Source of the DNA: Chrysomallon squamiferum | Taxonomy: Eukaryota; Animalia; Mollusca | NCBI GenBank assembly: GCA_012295275.1 | Contig: CM022665.1 | Span: forward strand, 19,592,001-19,656,000 | Length of the DNA: 64,000 bases | Reading direction: 5' to 3' | Part shown: positions 28,501 to 43,100 of the stretch, in pieces | Position numbering within the stretch: the stretch's first letter is position 1 | Layout of the letters: the number at the start of each line of letters is the position of its first letter | Notes under the pieces: model-generated | The model's database searches: none | What the model saw: the letters and a program-made list of their open reading frames with translations, nothing else | What the model was told of the DNA's origin: nothing | Position numbers and translations under genes: made by a program

Positions 28501-31500
28501 ACCCCCAAAATGATTGTATGTGCACATATATGTAGTCATGTGTGTATGTTTCAAATAAATAATAAATATATTTGGTTTTTAATTTTAGATTCCTTATTTA
28601 TATCATAGCTTCCCGTTTAACAGAAAAAAAGTATTATGAAATGTAATATTGGTAATTATCAGCATGAATCTGCAATACAAGTTGAGATATTTTTTCTTAA
28701 GTTTTCTTTTTATGTGAAAGTAAGTTTGTTTTGATTTCTTTACATAAAAAGAAACATGAAATATTATGAAAAAAAATAAATGAAAAAAAACCCCTAATAT
28801 TTCTTATTACAGTAATTAAAAATATCCACAAGGTCATTTCAGTTACAAACCTGTCATTTTCACTTTGTCATTTTCTTCCACTCTGAATATTTTAACTTTT
28901 TACTCAGTATACATCTAAAGCTGTTTGTTACTTTTTCCAAGTGATCAAGATCATATTGAATTAGCCAGGGAGAAATATTAATTTATTTAATAATGTCTTG
29001 CAGGAAAAAGCATACATGCATATGTATACTATGATTATATTGGATATCCTGTTACTTGTTCCATTTTCAAAAGATTATTAGAACTGTTATAAAAATGAAA
29101 ACTTTGAAATAGAAAGATAATGATGTATTTATTAAATCATCCAGTGACAATAGTTAAAAGAAAATTTGGAGCAAAGCTATGTTTTATTTATTTAAACAAT
29201 ACTGTGATGATTCTGGTGAGTCATTTTATATTATAGATGAGACTAGTGTATCTGATTTTGTTTGGAAAATAAAAGCCAAGTTGTAATCATTTCTTTGCAT
29301 TCCTGAATGCATTTCCATAATTATAAAAATTTGTGACATCTCTAATTCTGGCAGGTTTGTAAATGGAAGAACCACTACAAAATGTTGGTCATCTGTTTTA
29401 ATATCATTCTAGAAATAATCTTAGTTTAAACAAGTCTTGACCTTTTACAAGCACTTCAGAGTGAGTTACTGTAATATCTGTTTATGTTTTATAATCAGCG
29501 TTAATCTTCACTTGCTACTTTGTAGAACTGTAAGTACTTTTTCTGAACATTCCATTTTATGTTGATCTTTTATATGTATCCATTTGTCCACAAATCTACA
29601 AGTCACAAATCCAGTCAGTGAAACATCCTTTGTCCCTTCAGTCATTAGTCTGATATTCAATAATTCATAAAATCTATTGTCCAGTCTTCTTGCATTATAA
29701 AAGCAAAGTTAATATTTTAGTTACAGGTAATTTTTTTAGTGTAAGCATATGACATTTGTAATGTTCTTTTTTATTTTCTATCGTCTTTCCATTAGCTAAC
29801 AATATATTTTATTTATTTTATTTCTTCAAGTTTTTTGTTATTTTCTGTTTTGTCTCTGTTGTTTATTAACAGTTCACAAAAACTGAATAAACTTTCAGAA
29901 TGTTATTAAAACTAATAATTAATTTCATCCATTTAAAGTAGATTTTTTTATGTCATAACTCTTCTTTTTTTTGTTTTTAAATTAAAAATGTACAAAGCCA
30001 ACAGAATTGCTTGAACACCCAAGCAAAACCACTCTTACTAATTTGTGGATATTTGTTAGATTTGTGTGGTGAATCTGTCATTATCACAGAAAGTTCCAAA
30101 TTATTTTATTAATTTTACCTAACTTGTAAGATATCAAATGAGGGAAAAAAAAAAAAATGTACTTCTTGCTATAGTTATTATTACTAACATATGTTATTTA
30201 CATACACACCTTATTAGCTTTGCTTGATGCTATTCTCTTTTCTGTCCAGACACTATAGTTTTGGAAAGAATCTCATTACGCATACATTGTAATCTGTTCA
30301 CAGAACATAAGTTTTGGTTTTACTTTCTCTCAAACTTACCACTCTGTATTCCTGTTGTTACCTTTTTCAAAGGCTAAAATAATTTACAGTGAGGAAAGTC
30401 AGGGTAAAAAATGTATAATTTATTTTAAAGAAAACTACAAAATACAACATTTTTTTGTTTGTTTTTATCTTTGGATTATTTTCTTTTAATGTTGGCTTGT
30501 GGACAAAATAAAAGCTATCAAAAGTATTATTATTTTTTTTTTTAAATTACTTGGTACTTAATGCAGATAATACCTTTATAATTGAAGCATTTTGTAGTAG
30601 TATTAATAGTTTCATTCAAATTGTTAGTAAATTAATAAAAGATGTGTCTTCAGTCAGTGGTAATCCATTTATTGTTCTTGTAAAGAATATTATTGTTAAT
30701 AATGAAGTCCTCAACTTTTTATCTATGTTGCATTGCATGTGTAATTTGTCTTTAGTGTGGACCATTCATAGGAAACACCATTGACTAGTTATTTAGTTAT
30801 TTATTCATTTATTGTTGGGTTTTTTTTTTTTTTGCTGTTTCAGTTCATGATAAGTTATAAAAAAATAATAATAAAAACTTGTTTTATTATTTATACTTTT
30901 TGCGTTAATTATACCAATATAATAAAACACTTTTCTGTATAGACACTGTACATTTATGCATACATGTACACTGTCTATACTGAAAAATGTACACAGTTGA
31001 AAATCAATAGTGGTTCATGCCTTCCATCATTTAATACAGTCAGAAAATCTGCCATAATGACTTAGAATATTCATTTTTGTTTTAATAAAATAACTGTTCC
31101 GCTATCCTAAAACTAAAGTTATATTTTATTCTTTGTAATCAATAAGTGAATGATTATACAATTACTGGTATCTTTAATTATAGTCAATGTTGTTTTCAAA
31201 CATTACATGAAACACTTGTGCATATATAAATGTATAAATTTTTAACTTAGAATTCTTAACTCTGCTTTGCATTGTTCTGTATCATTGCCTCAGTCACTCA
31301 GGATTTAATCTTATTCTATAATGTATCATGCTGACTGCAGAGAAATAACATGATTTTGTCATTTGTTAGCATAACATTCCACTTAACTTTGGCATCTGAC
31401 ATTCTATTTGTAATTATTATCTTTGTTATTGTGTTTAATTTATTTTCTCTTTACGTTATTCTCTGATACATAGTTCCCATAATAACAAAATGAGGGGATG

Positions 31501-33582
31501 CATTTATAAATTCAACCAAGGATTCAAGACTTTACTATGGTCACATGCGCGCACACACACACATTTTTCTTTCACATTCTTTCTGTTTAACATTCACCAA
31601 CATGAAAATTTACACTGTTTATCAATCTGTCTTACCATAATTAGGTTATAAGTAACACTGAAAAAATCATTCTAGAAACATGTAGCATTTCTTTCATCTT
31701 TAAAAAAACAAACAACACCAATAACAAAAAAAATTACCTTTTTGCTAGCATTTGTTTTGTCCTTTACAGCATTTGATAAAGAATAGTTATTATACTCTGT
31801 TCAAGGTATTTTTTTTTGTTACTTTAATTATTCACAAATGCAATTCTGTTATTATTTCTGTTGAATCTGATATATAAAGACATAATGTTGTTGTTTTTTG
31901 TTGTTTTTTCCAGTATCCATTCATGAAACTCCATATTTAATTCTTGGATCTGCTAATAAAGTTCTGAAACAAAACTTGATGGATTTAATTCACAGTGTTC
32001 CTGATACCATTCATGATGAAAATAACAGAAACATTATGGTTAATGGTAAGTATCAACCAATAATTTTAAAATTTTTGGACGTAATTACCAGCTCATTTTT
32101 ATTGATACTACGTTTATTTTGGCAGCAAATAAATTCATTGCTTTGGGTTTTGGAAATATGTTAACAGTAGGATAAAAACATATGGAACAACACTTTTTGA
32201 AGTTTGTTTAGCAAAATGGAATTGGTGAGCAGTGTAATTACCAGATTTGAAGGAAAAGAGAAATTCCACTGTAAATAAACACTTTTTGGCAGGCATTAGT
32301 GGGAAATATTTTTAGGCAAAATATAGTATGTTTCTGTACTTAGAAATTAAAACAGTATGTAAGTCAATATTTATGGGGAAAGGATTGGTTTATAACTAAT
32401 TTTTATTTTAAAAGTGCAGCACTGGATACTGGCACAGCCGCATTGCCTGATGTTTTCAGAAAACAGGTGGCTAATAAAGTGATGTTGGAATCTCATTAAT
32501 TGTTTAGAGTTTATTAATTAGAATAATATATGATTTGTTATTTAACATTCTATCAAATTATTCAGAGAAAATAATTTGTATTTATCCAAAGTTCCAACAA
32601 GGATGATCTAGAAAACATGCAAAAATTTTATTTATTTATATTTCACAGTAAAATTGTATGCTTTTGAATAATTCATTGTTATATGACAGGAAATGATATA
32701 TAAAATAATGAAAATATGGTCAGTGGACTGAAAAACATTTCTCTAAGTAGGATTATTTTCAAAGTTAACAATTAAAAGTTGAGGTTAAAAATAGATTCCC
32801 GTGGTGAATCTCCTTAAATTTTATTTTTAATGTTGATATTGCTGAAGCAGCAGTATCACGAGTATTTAATTTTTAATGAACCAAAAAAGAAGACATAACA
32901 AATAATAAAAAGTGAACAACCAGTGAAATTGTTTATTTGTTATCAATATTGAGTGTCATTTATTTTGACTGGAATGGGTTTTAATCTTAACAGTTTTGAA
33001 TATTGATTGATTAATTATTACATCATTTGTTCACTTTTAAAATATCAAATTATTAATTGAATTTGTTAACTATGCTTAATCAAGTAAAAAGGAGAAAGTT
33101 AAATTTCAAAGCTGGTGAAAAGATTAATCTGAAAACCAAACAATTTAAATCTTTCAGTGTGTTCAGAATCCTGGTCACTGTCAATTTTCTTAGATAACAT
33201 TTGTAGTAAACACATGATAGATTGAGATTATCAGAGTTGTCTTGTTGCTGCTGGTAAGTTTGTTTTGATCATTGTATACTGAGCAAGACCATCCCAGTTG
33301 GCACAGCTGAGTTTAATAAAACATGTCACAAAGCCAGAGCAGGCTGACTTTCTGCCAGCATCTCTTAATGTTGTGTTGAATAAAGTTAGTCAAAGCTCCA
33401 CATGACATTAGTGTTGAGTAATTGAGATACACTTGCCAGTATTAGTTGCTTGACATTTTCCTTTCTCATGAGAGAAATATATAGTGTGTGGCATAATAAT
33501 ATAAAAAATACTTCAGATGCAATGCAGTAGTAATATTTTGGGATTTCACCTTTTTAAAGCTGTGTGTATTTTACTTGCTTTA

Positions 33583-33614
<32 letters not shown>

Positions 33615-34044
33615 TGAAAACTTAATCTTGTGTTTTTTTTTTCTTTTGTTTCTTTTTAAAATTTCTTTCTCTTTCTCCTTCTCTCTCTTTTCTTCTTCCT
33701 GTTGCTTCCATATGAAAGGAACTGAAATCCTATTTGAGAGTAAAACTGGTAACATTGAAGGTAACTTGCATTGTGGTTGTTGTCACCTTACAGTTTAATA
33801 TTGTTTATTTCAGTGTTCATAACATTTCTTTGTTGCTACCTGCTTACAAAACTTTATAAGCCTAAACTGAAGATAGCATGATTATTATATGGAGGAATGA
33901 TGTTGATTAATATATATCTGTTTTCATATATAATGTGTAATTAAAGATGGAAACTTAAAATGTATAAATTCTGTGTTTGTTTTTTATTATAAATTGTTTA
34001 ATTGACAAAATATTTACATTTATATATATATATATATATACATT

Positions 34045-34093
<49 letters not shown>

Positions 34094-34103
34094 TTATATA
34101 TAC

Positions 34104-34155
<52 letters not shown>

Positions 34156-37100
34156 ATACTGATTTAATTGTGACACACTTAAGTATAGTAAAACATAATA
34201 AAAATAACTCACATATATTATATCTAATGTTCTTAATTAGTAATTATTTTTTTTAATTAAACAGTCTTTTGATGTTGTGTTTTATTATTTTTTATTTTTC
34301 AAACATTTTTATCAATAAAATTGTTTTGTTTAATCTTTTTAATACAGTCTTAAAATTTTTTGAAAGGACATGACTAGTGTTATTTAATTTTTTATATATG
34401 TATATATTGTCTTTTAGCCCTTACTTACAGTGTTTTATGTATGTGAAGTAACATACTGTTAGTTTTAGAATTACAACTTGTATCATTCTTTATGGAACAG
34501 TTTAGTTATGATTTTTAAGTTAATGTTGTCTTTTTCATGTTTTCCTTGGGTGTCTTTTTTTCTTTTTGTCTCAGTCTTCATTTGTTTGTGATTTCAAAAC
34601 TGTTACATTCCACACTACTTTATTATTAATATTTTTGAACCCTATTGTTTTATTAATGAGTTTTTCAGATTATATATATATTTCTTCTCAAATTAATAAG
34701 CATTTTAATATTTCTTTGAATCAGCATGTTGATGTCTTCAGTTATCTTAATCATAAAACTCCTTTATTTTTTTGGGTGTGATACACAATTTCTTAGCTAA
34801 AATTTTTCAGCTGAACTAAATTATTGTATTACATTATTAAAATATATTTGATAAAATAGGAGAATGTCAACTAATTATTTTTTCTGTTATTGTTATAATG
34901 ATAATTATCTAACTAGCTTAAAATATTTGGAAAAATTAAATTTAAAATAAATTGTTTTTTTTCTCTGGAATATTTCCATAAGTTACTTTAATTTTTTTTC
35001 TTGAGGATGACTTTAGAAAATATTAGAACTGTTTGCAAATATGTTTTTATCTCAAAATCATCTGAATTGTTAATGCTTTTATTTCAGGAATTGCTATTCA
35101 TATTCGTCGACAAGTAATACTTGTTAGTGACTCAAGTGGAAAAGTGCAGCTTATTTCAGTAACAGGTGACTACAGAGAAGACAATCTGTATCCGAGTCTG
35201 CTTAAGCCAACAGCAATCAGCATTGACTGGCTGAATGACTGGGCTTATCTTGCCAGTAACAATCGGGTGAGCAACTGATGTTTCTGTTATTATTTAATAT
35301 GTACATTTCATTATATTTAAGTTGGAAGATCATTAAAAAAAAAAGTAATAATAAAATAAAATAAAATTTTGTTTTTAACATATAAAATAAACAAAACAAT
35401 TTCTGTGTTTTTATATGCACTGCAGTTTTAAATTTAAAACTTTTTAAAGATTTTATTTTATATTTCAGTAAATATCTTCTTATTTTTAATCCAGATGGGT
35501 TTCTGTTCCCTGAGGAATTAAGTCATTTGATTTAAAATTTTATTTTGGAATTAGAAATATCATTTAATATTAAATGTTACAAATTAGCTCATTCTGTATT
35601 CCAGTTGTATATAGGTATAACAAAATGTTAACTGATTCACTTTTAAAGTCTTAATATTCATTTTAATGAAATTATTTTTTTTTTTATCTTTTCTTGTTTT
35701 TATTATTATTTTTTATTATTATTATTATTTTTTTTTTTTTTTCTGAGAGGAAATGGGTAACATGTTTTTTATTAGTTAAAAAAAATTCCACTGAAATATA
35801 TTGACTACTTTTTAATTCTACCATTGTTCCTATATTTCAGATTGATTTTAAAGATCTTTTTATTGTATATGATACAAAAATATTTGATATTAAATATGAT
35901 TTGTAAAATGATATGGATGTTTTTCATTAAGATTGTTGAGTTTTATTAATAAATATTAAAATTAATGCTGTAAATGGCTTCAAGAAATATCTTTTTGTTC
36001 TGTTCCTCATTCAGATTTTTAGATGTCCACTTAACAGAGATGCTTGCATAATGGTATTAGAGGGTTTACAAAGTACACCAACTGATATCAAAGTGGATCC
36101 AGTTAATGGGTAAGTAAATGAAACACCAATTTCTTTTGACATGATAGATTTTCAAGTAGGGTAAAATAATAAATATGAAAACAAATGAAATAGATTGTGA
36201 ATATCAGAATTCTTTAATGTTCTTTTAGTTTTATAATAATAAAAGAAGTAAGTGAAGAGTAACGTTTGTTTCAAGCCATATAATATGTCTTCCTCTTTTG
36301 ATAATATTAAAGCTTTATCCTTTATAACAGGTTTTTGTACTTTTCTCAATATGGAGATGATAAAGGTCTATATCGAGTTGACCTTGGTGATATTGGCAAG
36401 AATGGACCCACCTTTCCATCTCAGCTTGTATCCATTGATGATCTGTCATCATTTGTTATTGACTTTGAAAATGTCCGACTGTACTACCCGAACAGCACTG
36501 ACAACACCATGATGTCTGTGTTTGTTGATGGCACTGATAGCAGAGACATCAGACAGAAAGTCTTGCAGCCAGACTTTTACAACATTCTCAGTATTGTCAG
36601 TTATAAAGGCCTGTTTTATTGGACAAATGGAACTAAAGTTCTGAGTGAAGAGTTCGATCCTGGTTTCAAGAAGTACAGACATAATGAACTGCTCTTTTTT
36701 GACAACTATTACCGAGGATTTAATCTCTATCACACATCAGCACAACCAACACCAGGTTATAACACCACTTGCATCTGTCTGCTTTTAATTTTAATGCTGT
36801 GTCATGATCTGGTCAGAGAACAATATTTTCATGTTTGTTTTTTTATATTCCAGGGTGTGAATTCTATTTATTTTGGACTAATGTTATATGTTAACTTTTC
36901 CTTTTGTTTTTTGTTTTTTTGTTTTTTCTTTTCTTGATGTTATATCCCAGTTTGTGATTTCTCTCAGATTTCTGAAATATTTTGGTATTACATATCATTT
37001 TGATTTAAATACACTTATTGAATGTACGTTTGGAATCATGTTTTCCACTTTTTAAATTAAACAACTTATTTTCATAATTTAATGTTGTTTCTAGTGCCAC

Positions 37101-40100
37101 ATGTCCCCCCAAAGAAGCTTCAAGCAATGTTTACTTCACAGAGTGTTAGGGTCAAATGGCAGGCTCCTCCACTATTACAGTATCAAGGTTTGTATTGGGT
37201 TTTTTATTTTAGAATTATTATTAAATTGTCTATAATGGCTAGTATTGGATTTGTAAAATTAAAACACTGTGATATTTTAACTGAATATTTCTGTTACTTT
37301 TATAAATTCACCTGTGAATTTGTGTTCAGTTTTTCTTTGGATCTAAAAACAAATAATGTAGTTTCTAGTTCAGTTACATTTTCAGCAAGTGCTTGTTTTC
37401 AGTTTATATCAGAAGCCCAGCCAGTTATCCCATGATGAAATATATATTTTTATAGTTAGTGAGTATTAAAATAAAGCTGTGAATAACGATTATTTAAAAA
37501 CAAAAAACATAATAAATACAGTAAATTATATCCGATACAGTTACAAAACATTGAAATTTTTGTTTCTTTTATAGTTGTTTAGTTTATTATGCTTCCCCCA
37601 GTTTTGTTAGATATTTTATTATTTTTGAAGTGCCCTTTAAAAATACGTCTATCACTCTTTCTAGAAACCACAATTTTATTATTTTCAAACAAGCTATTTA
37701 TGAAATGGAGAAAAGTTGACAACTGTTAATAAATTCTGTCAATGGACTAGATTAATGAAGTATAACTTCAGTTATGTTTTGTTTATATCTATATGTAATC
37801 ACTTGTATTCATTTCAGTATGTTGTTAGAATCAACATAAAACCACATAACTGTTCAGACAATAATTATTTCATTACACATTATGAAAGATCAGCAGTATT
37901 TTTAGACTGTTTTTGGACATAATGCAAATGAAATATTCAAAATACTGTTACTACAATCTCAAATTATATTTTAGCATCTGTTTTCTTTTAGTAAACATCT
38001 TTTAGCAGGTATAATTTAAAATATACTAATGTATTGCTTTTTTGTTGCACTACAAATTCAGAATATCAAATTATTGTTCTTATGTAAATGGCCTTGAAAT
38101 TTTTGTTGTTGCAAATATCAAATAAAAAACAGTATCTGAACAGTTTATTAATGATTAATTATATTAAATTTAAATTAGTCCATACATTTTAAAAGGCAGT
38201 AATGAAAAAGAGTACAATGCACTGATTTTTAACTGATTTTTTTAATTTTTTATTATTGTTATTATTATAGGAAAAGGGGCTTGGCAAAACTGGACATATG
38301 AACTGCAACTATCTGAAAGTGACAAGTCTCAAACAGCTTCACAGTTCTTCAATAGTAGTGTGCTTGTGTTGACCATTGAGGAACTTTTACCAGACACAAA
38401 ATACTCTCTTCGTATTCGGGCTTTTTCAGAGGCTGGTTATGGGCCCTGGTCTCAGTATTTCATTGGAAGAACAATAAAAAAAGGTAAATAATAAGTGTAT
38501 ATCTATAGTTATTTAATCATTCTGAATATTCTGTGTTTGATTTCATTTAATAACAGTTTTGTAACAAAGTAAATATAAATGACTTTTCAGTGATTCTGAA
38601 ATAGTTAATACAAATATTTGTATTTTGTAGACAAAATTTCAGTGCGAGTTCTCATGGCAACCTCAGGTCAGATTATTGAGTCTGATATAAGTCAAAACAT
38701 AGAGAGGACTGTGGTCAATTTTGTTTCAAAAGCTACAGGTATGTTGTTATATTAAAATGTTATTCTTTAACTTCACTTCTAATAGCTTTTGTGTTTATTC
38801 GTTCACAGGTTTTAATTTACACTTTGTTATTTCCTGTTTCCACATTACTTTCTACTTATATATGTTTAATTATGCAGAATTCATTATGTGACATTTTTCT
38901 TTTCCACACAGATATTTCATGGCACAAGGATAAGCTTCTGTGGACATCCAGTTCAGGAATTCTGTCAGTGTATGATAGGAGTACTGGATGGCGATACAAT
39001 ATTCAGCATGTTAACTATGCAGCATGTGTTGCTTATGATTGGCTAGGGAAAAAGATATTTTGGTCAGAACCACAGCAGGGGGTGGTAAGAATATATTAAT
39101 TTTCAAGACTATTAATGCATGGATATTTTAGTTTCCATATTATTAGTACAAATTTAGTAATTATTTTGATAAAAACATTTTTACTGATTAAGTAATGCTT
39201 TTCTTTGATTTCATAGATTTGATTTTTAATAAAGTTATTGAAAATAAATCACTTCAAATATCAGTGTTGATTTTAAACATCATCATTTAACTAATTAAAG
39301 GAATATAGCTACAAAAATTAACAGTTCAGAGATAAACGTTTTGTATATATATATTTACAGATCAAGCGCACAGACATAAATGGATTATCAAATGAGTTCA
39401 TATCTCAGGCAGCAGCTCGAGATATTGTCATAGACTCCATAGCAGGAAGAATATACTGGGCCACCATGAACTCGATTGAATCTTCATTTCTTAATGGAGA
39501 AGACCATATTGAGATATTCTCAGTACCTTACTTTTCTGGAAAACATATAATAAGTGTTACCTTGAACTTTGATATGAAGAAAGTGTTGTGGTATGTGAAG
39601 TCATTTGAGAACCAAGATCTTTTCATGGCTGATTTGATCACAGGAGAAGGAACAAATGTTGGTGATGTCATCTCAACGGTCACACCGGCTGGCAGTTTCA
39701 GAAGCATTTCCAGGTGAATAGTGTTTTTGTGAAGGTTACTGAATTCATCACCACTGTTAACTGACAAAATGCAACGATTATTATGATTTGTTTTCTTTTT
39801 AATTTAAAATTATATTTTTTAAATTGTCAGTGATATGAAATTTGACATGAATTCAGCTAAATAATACAGTATTTTAGCAAAAATGTTTTTTATAATTTTT
39901 GTTTTGTTTCAGATAGTTGTGTTTAAATTAAATTCAACATCCTTCATTTTACTTTGTTTAAATTTTATCTTTTAAGCTCCCAGTCAAATAATAACTTTAA
40001 AAAAAAAAAAAAAAAAATTATTACTTTAAAATTTAAAAATGTTGATAAATTGTCTCCTTTTCCTCCATCCAGATGGTCAGGACTTCAGTATTATTCACAC

Positions 40101-43100
40101 AGACTATTCTGGATGGATCAAACTAGTGCTTTGGTTGTTGGGAACATGGAATGTAATTACACATCAGTAATTAGTCCTAGCAATATTAGTGTTACAGCAT
40201 TTGCTGTCATGCATCCATCAATGCACAGTTATCCAGGTTTGTAATAACATAATTAAATTTGTTGCATATAAATGTGAAAAAATAACAGATTTAATTAAAA
40301 AATAATCTTGAAAATGTATGGATATTACAACTGTGTTGTATAATTTTTACTGGTTTTAAAAATCTTCTTTCTTTCTTTTTTTTCTTCTATTTTTAACTTT
40401 TTCATTTTGTTTTAATTGATTTTACTGAACTGTAAGAAGTACTTTTTCAAAAATATTCCAGCTGGTGTAAATGAAAACAATTTACAAGTTATTCCAAATC
40501 CAATGAAACCATCTTCAGTGAAAATATCAGGGGCATGGTCTAGTTTTAATCTGACTTGGAAACAAGCTACTGAAGTCAATCATGGGAAAGTCTTCTACAA
40601 AGTATATATTCAAATAGCACAGCAGTCGACACACATAGTGAGTAGAACTCTCATTTTATAGATATTCATAAATTATATTTCATTCTGTTTAGAAAAATGT
40701 ACATTTAAATAACAAAGTGAAAAACAAAATTGATTTGCTAAAAAGGACAAAGCATCAATATGACCTTCAGTCTTGGAACAAAATACAGGAAGTAATAATT
40801 TTGTTATAATATCAAAAATGCCAATATTTATTTTTCATTAAAATCATGTTTATTAGTAATGTTTCTTTTAAAATTTTATGATGGAATAAAAATCAAAATT
40901 TCATGAACAGGATCAGTGCAACTGATTTTGTGAAGTTGTTCCTAATGTGTGTTTTCTGTACTGAAAAAATTGTTGTAAAACAACACAGATTGTTCATTAG
41001 AATTTAGCTCAGAAATATATTGTTTGTTTGTTGGGGGGGGGGTTGTTGTTTTTATTTATGTGTGTGTTTTTTTAGAATTAACAAAGACATATTTTGATTT
41101 TTGTTTAGGTGACTTCCAAGACATGGCATTCTGTTGAAGGACTGTCACCCTATACTCTGATGAGAGTTTCAATCCAGCCATATACATACTGGGGATATGC
41201 TGACCCTACCAGAGTATCAGTGAGATCTCCTATGTCAGGTACAGTTGATATTATAAATCTGGTTTACATTGTTATATATATCTTTTCTACTGCAGACACC
41301 TATACTGAAGGAAACCATTTCAGCAATATTTTAGCAAAATTAATGTCTGAAAATCCATTATCTTATTTTCTAGATTCTTTTAAATGTTGAAAGAATTGTT
41401 ATTTTAAAGCTAACCTCCTGATACATTTAAAAACAATTTACTATATGTTATAAAAAAACACTAGTTCATGTAGAAGATATCCAGTCTTGATTATATACAA
41501 AAAACAGCTGTGAATTAGTTCTTAAAATACAGCTTTGTTCACTGTCAAATTGAAGAATGGTGAAAGAAAAACAAAACAATTCAAGTTTAATAATCTTAAA
41601 ATATTCTTAAGTATTTATTTTTAAAATAGTCTATGGCATTTGGCTTAAATAAAGGAAGGATTAAATTTGTGGTATAATGTTTAATAATTCATATTGTGAA
41701 TAATGGTTTGATTTCAGTAATCAGAGAACGTTCAGCTTCTCCAAAGAATCAAACAAGTGAGCTGGTTCTTGTTGTGGACCCTTCCTCACATTAACAAGAT
41801 TTGTTTTATTCACTAAAGTTGTATTGTAATTAGCTTTCAGTTCTGTCCTACCTGTTGATCAATGAAACATGTATCCAAAGGCATGAAATATGTTTTGGAA
41901 GTGCATGTTATTGACATAATATCTAATTTCATTATATATTCAAATACTGAGAATGTTTTTTATATTTTGTCATGATATTTTATTTTATTTTATTTGATTT
42001 GAACTCAAAATGGTAGAAAAGTTTGTTGTTACATTTATGGGTCATAATTAGATAGTCCAAAATTAACGTCATTAACCTTGAAAAGCTTTTTTTTAATTTG
42101 TGTATTTGTTATGTTGCTATTAAACTGTTCTTAACTATGTACAATGATAATCATTCTATGTAACATTTTTTAAATTATTATTTCCTAATGTGACCATACA
42201 GTAATTTAAAAATACCATGACATTGCACATTCATTATTGATAAAATGCTGAAATGTCCATTTCTTTCAAATGTATGTGAAAACTTTCAAAGCTAAATCTC
42301 AGAAATTGCAGAGGCCTTCTAAAGTTCATTACATTTTCATCTCTTCTGTGATACACTTGTCTGTTGGTGTTTTCATAAACAATGCAATTAGTGATCCACT
42401 GGCAATAAAAGAATTATATGTATTAATTTACATACAAGATAGAAAAAGTTTGAGTCAAAAAAGAATGTTGTTTTGGGTTGTGTTTTTTTTTAATAAAATA
42501 TCGCTTTTCACATGAAAATAAATTTAATATTGGTAAAAAGATACCACAGTGAAAATGATACAGATGAATTAGTTATGGTGGGATGGCATAAGCATGCAAA
42601 ACAAAAGTGCACTGACAACAGTGCATTGACAATAGCACACTAAGAAAACCACACTGACAATAGTGCTCTGACAATAAAACTTTTGTTATTATTATTATTT
42701 TAATTATTATTTAAGAAACATTTAGTTCTGAATTATAAGCACACCTAGGCAGTTATCATCTTCAGATTCTTCAAATTGTCCATTAAACAAATAACATAAA
42801 CTTCAGATGTGTAGTTTCACATTATAAGGAACACCTCATAGATCATCCACAACTTCAGTTTATACATTTTATGCCAGTCCTCCACCAAGTAGTTTGTGTG
42901 GGGTAGTCCTTGCACAGCTGTGTCATGGATGAACCAAAGAGCGAAAGTAAACATTGGATCACGACTCCGTCCTCTGAATATTTCTCCAAATACACTGGCC
43001 CAAACGAAATAAACATCCAACAAAATTGACTTGTAGACAAAACATCTCTTGCACTGCATTGTGAAAAGCCTTTTTGAAATCACTCATGACAGAAGTCGGT

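Noticed and set aside
30551-30784. 77-aa plus ORF; minus strand reads [11 protein letters not shown] like a LINE RT C-terminus
   Set aside because: Only one short motif, insufficient to call a gene or a LINE.
36449-36733. Antisense ORFs overlapping ROS exons (also 39528-39767, 49501-49698, 58951-59163)
   Set aside because: Expected shadow ORFs opposite coding exons.
42600-42680. Short periodic repeats resembling an array
   Set aside because: Subterminal repeats of the Mutator element; no spacers, eukaryotic context, not CRISPR.
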